This document shows, in pieces, positions 63,342 through 64,000 of a stretch of 64,000 nucleotides of DNA. Under the pieces are notes generated by a model. It did no database searches. It was not told where the DNA came from and saw only the letters and a program-made list of their open reading frames with translations. How positions within the stretch are numbered: the stretch's first letter is position 1; every line of letters begins with the position of its first letter. The position numbers and the translations under genes were made by a program. Source of the stretch: Podarcis filfolensis (Eukaryota); NCBI GenBank assembly GCA_964270895.1, contig OZ185435.1; one strand, 5' to 3'.

Positions 63342-63420
63342 AATCACAGAATTGGAAGGTAACACGAGGGTCATCTAGTCCAACCTCCTGCAATGCAGGA
63401 ATCTTTTGCCCAATGTGGGG
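63342..63420 (-). mobile_element. tRNA-Lys/CR1-tail SINE fragment
   Basis: GAATTGGAAGG..GAGGGTCATCTAGTCCAACC..CTGCAATGCAGGAATCTTTTGCCCAATGTGGGG. Confidence 0.8.
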
Positions 63421-64000
63421 CATCATTTTGCATTTTAAAAACCTGCACATAAGGTGCAAGGTTGCATTTAACATAAGCTGCAGTTTGGCCCTCATACAGA
63501 GGATATAAAACTTGCACATTTTAAAAGTAGATAAAGTGTGGCATAGCAATGCAATATCAAATTCATTAAACTTAATGCCCTGAGATTAAGCCGTATTTAG
63601 TTGTTCTAAACATTTTCTTCTTGCTGCAACAGTGTTTTGGTTGATCTTTCGAATGCACCCAAAAGTCTAATCTTGCTCCACACAAATACTTGGCTCGCCA
63701 CACTTTGTATCCCAGACTTCAGAGCAAAACCATGGCAAAAGAATATTTCATAGGAGAAAGGAACAGAAGTAGTTAAAGGAAGCTAGATTAGACTTTGGCC
63801 TGTACAAACTTTCTTTTTCAAAAATAAGAACTTCGGAAAGAAGGGTTTGTAAAAGTGGAAGTAAAAAGAAGGTTATATAAAGATGGGGGAACTCTGGCAG
63901 AACAAAGAGGGCCTGGCATTTGAGTACTAAGCAGGGACCAGCCAGCTGACTGTGTGTGCCTTTGGCAAATGATCTGAAAATATTGAGCAAGAGAGGGTTT

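Overview
Vertebrate, AT-rich, repeat-rich, essentially non-coding DNA (large intron or intergenic) with one assembly gap (6001-6191). The repeat complement (BovB/RTE LINEs, Sauria SINEs, tRNA-derived SINEs with CR1 or L2-type tails, CR1, L2, hAT and Tigger/pogo MITEs) points to a squamate reptile, most like a lacertid lizard; this is inferred from repeat families recognised from memory, not from a database search. I could not recognise any host protein-coding gene, rRNA, functional tRNA or CRISPR. The only long ORF (32410-33162, 250 aa) is a 5'-truncated BovB reverse-transcriptase fragment, and most other listed ORFs are TE antisense frames, microsatellites or N-run artefacts. I did not find a convincing new biological system. 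The best-supported observations concern transposition mechanics: (i) a TSD-flanked chimeric Sauria SINE with a 3' extension and a second SINE tail, whose 29-bp extension is shared exactly with another copy 14.6 kb away; (ii) a BovB insertion joining an inverted extreme 5' end to the extreme 3' end through a snap-back/T13 junction; (iii) two different hAT MITEs inserted at the identical GACTAGAC site of CR1-type tails. Three low-confidence candidate exons (19871-19969 minus, 32052-32078 plus, 40328-40569 minus) and a probable ancient L1 ORF1/endonuclease relic are flagged for checking.
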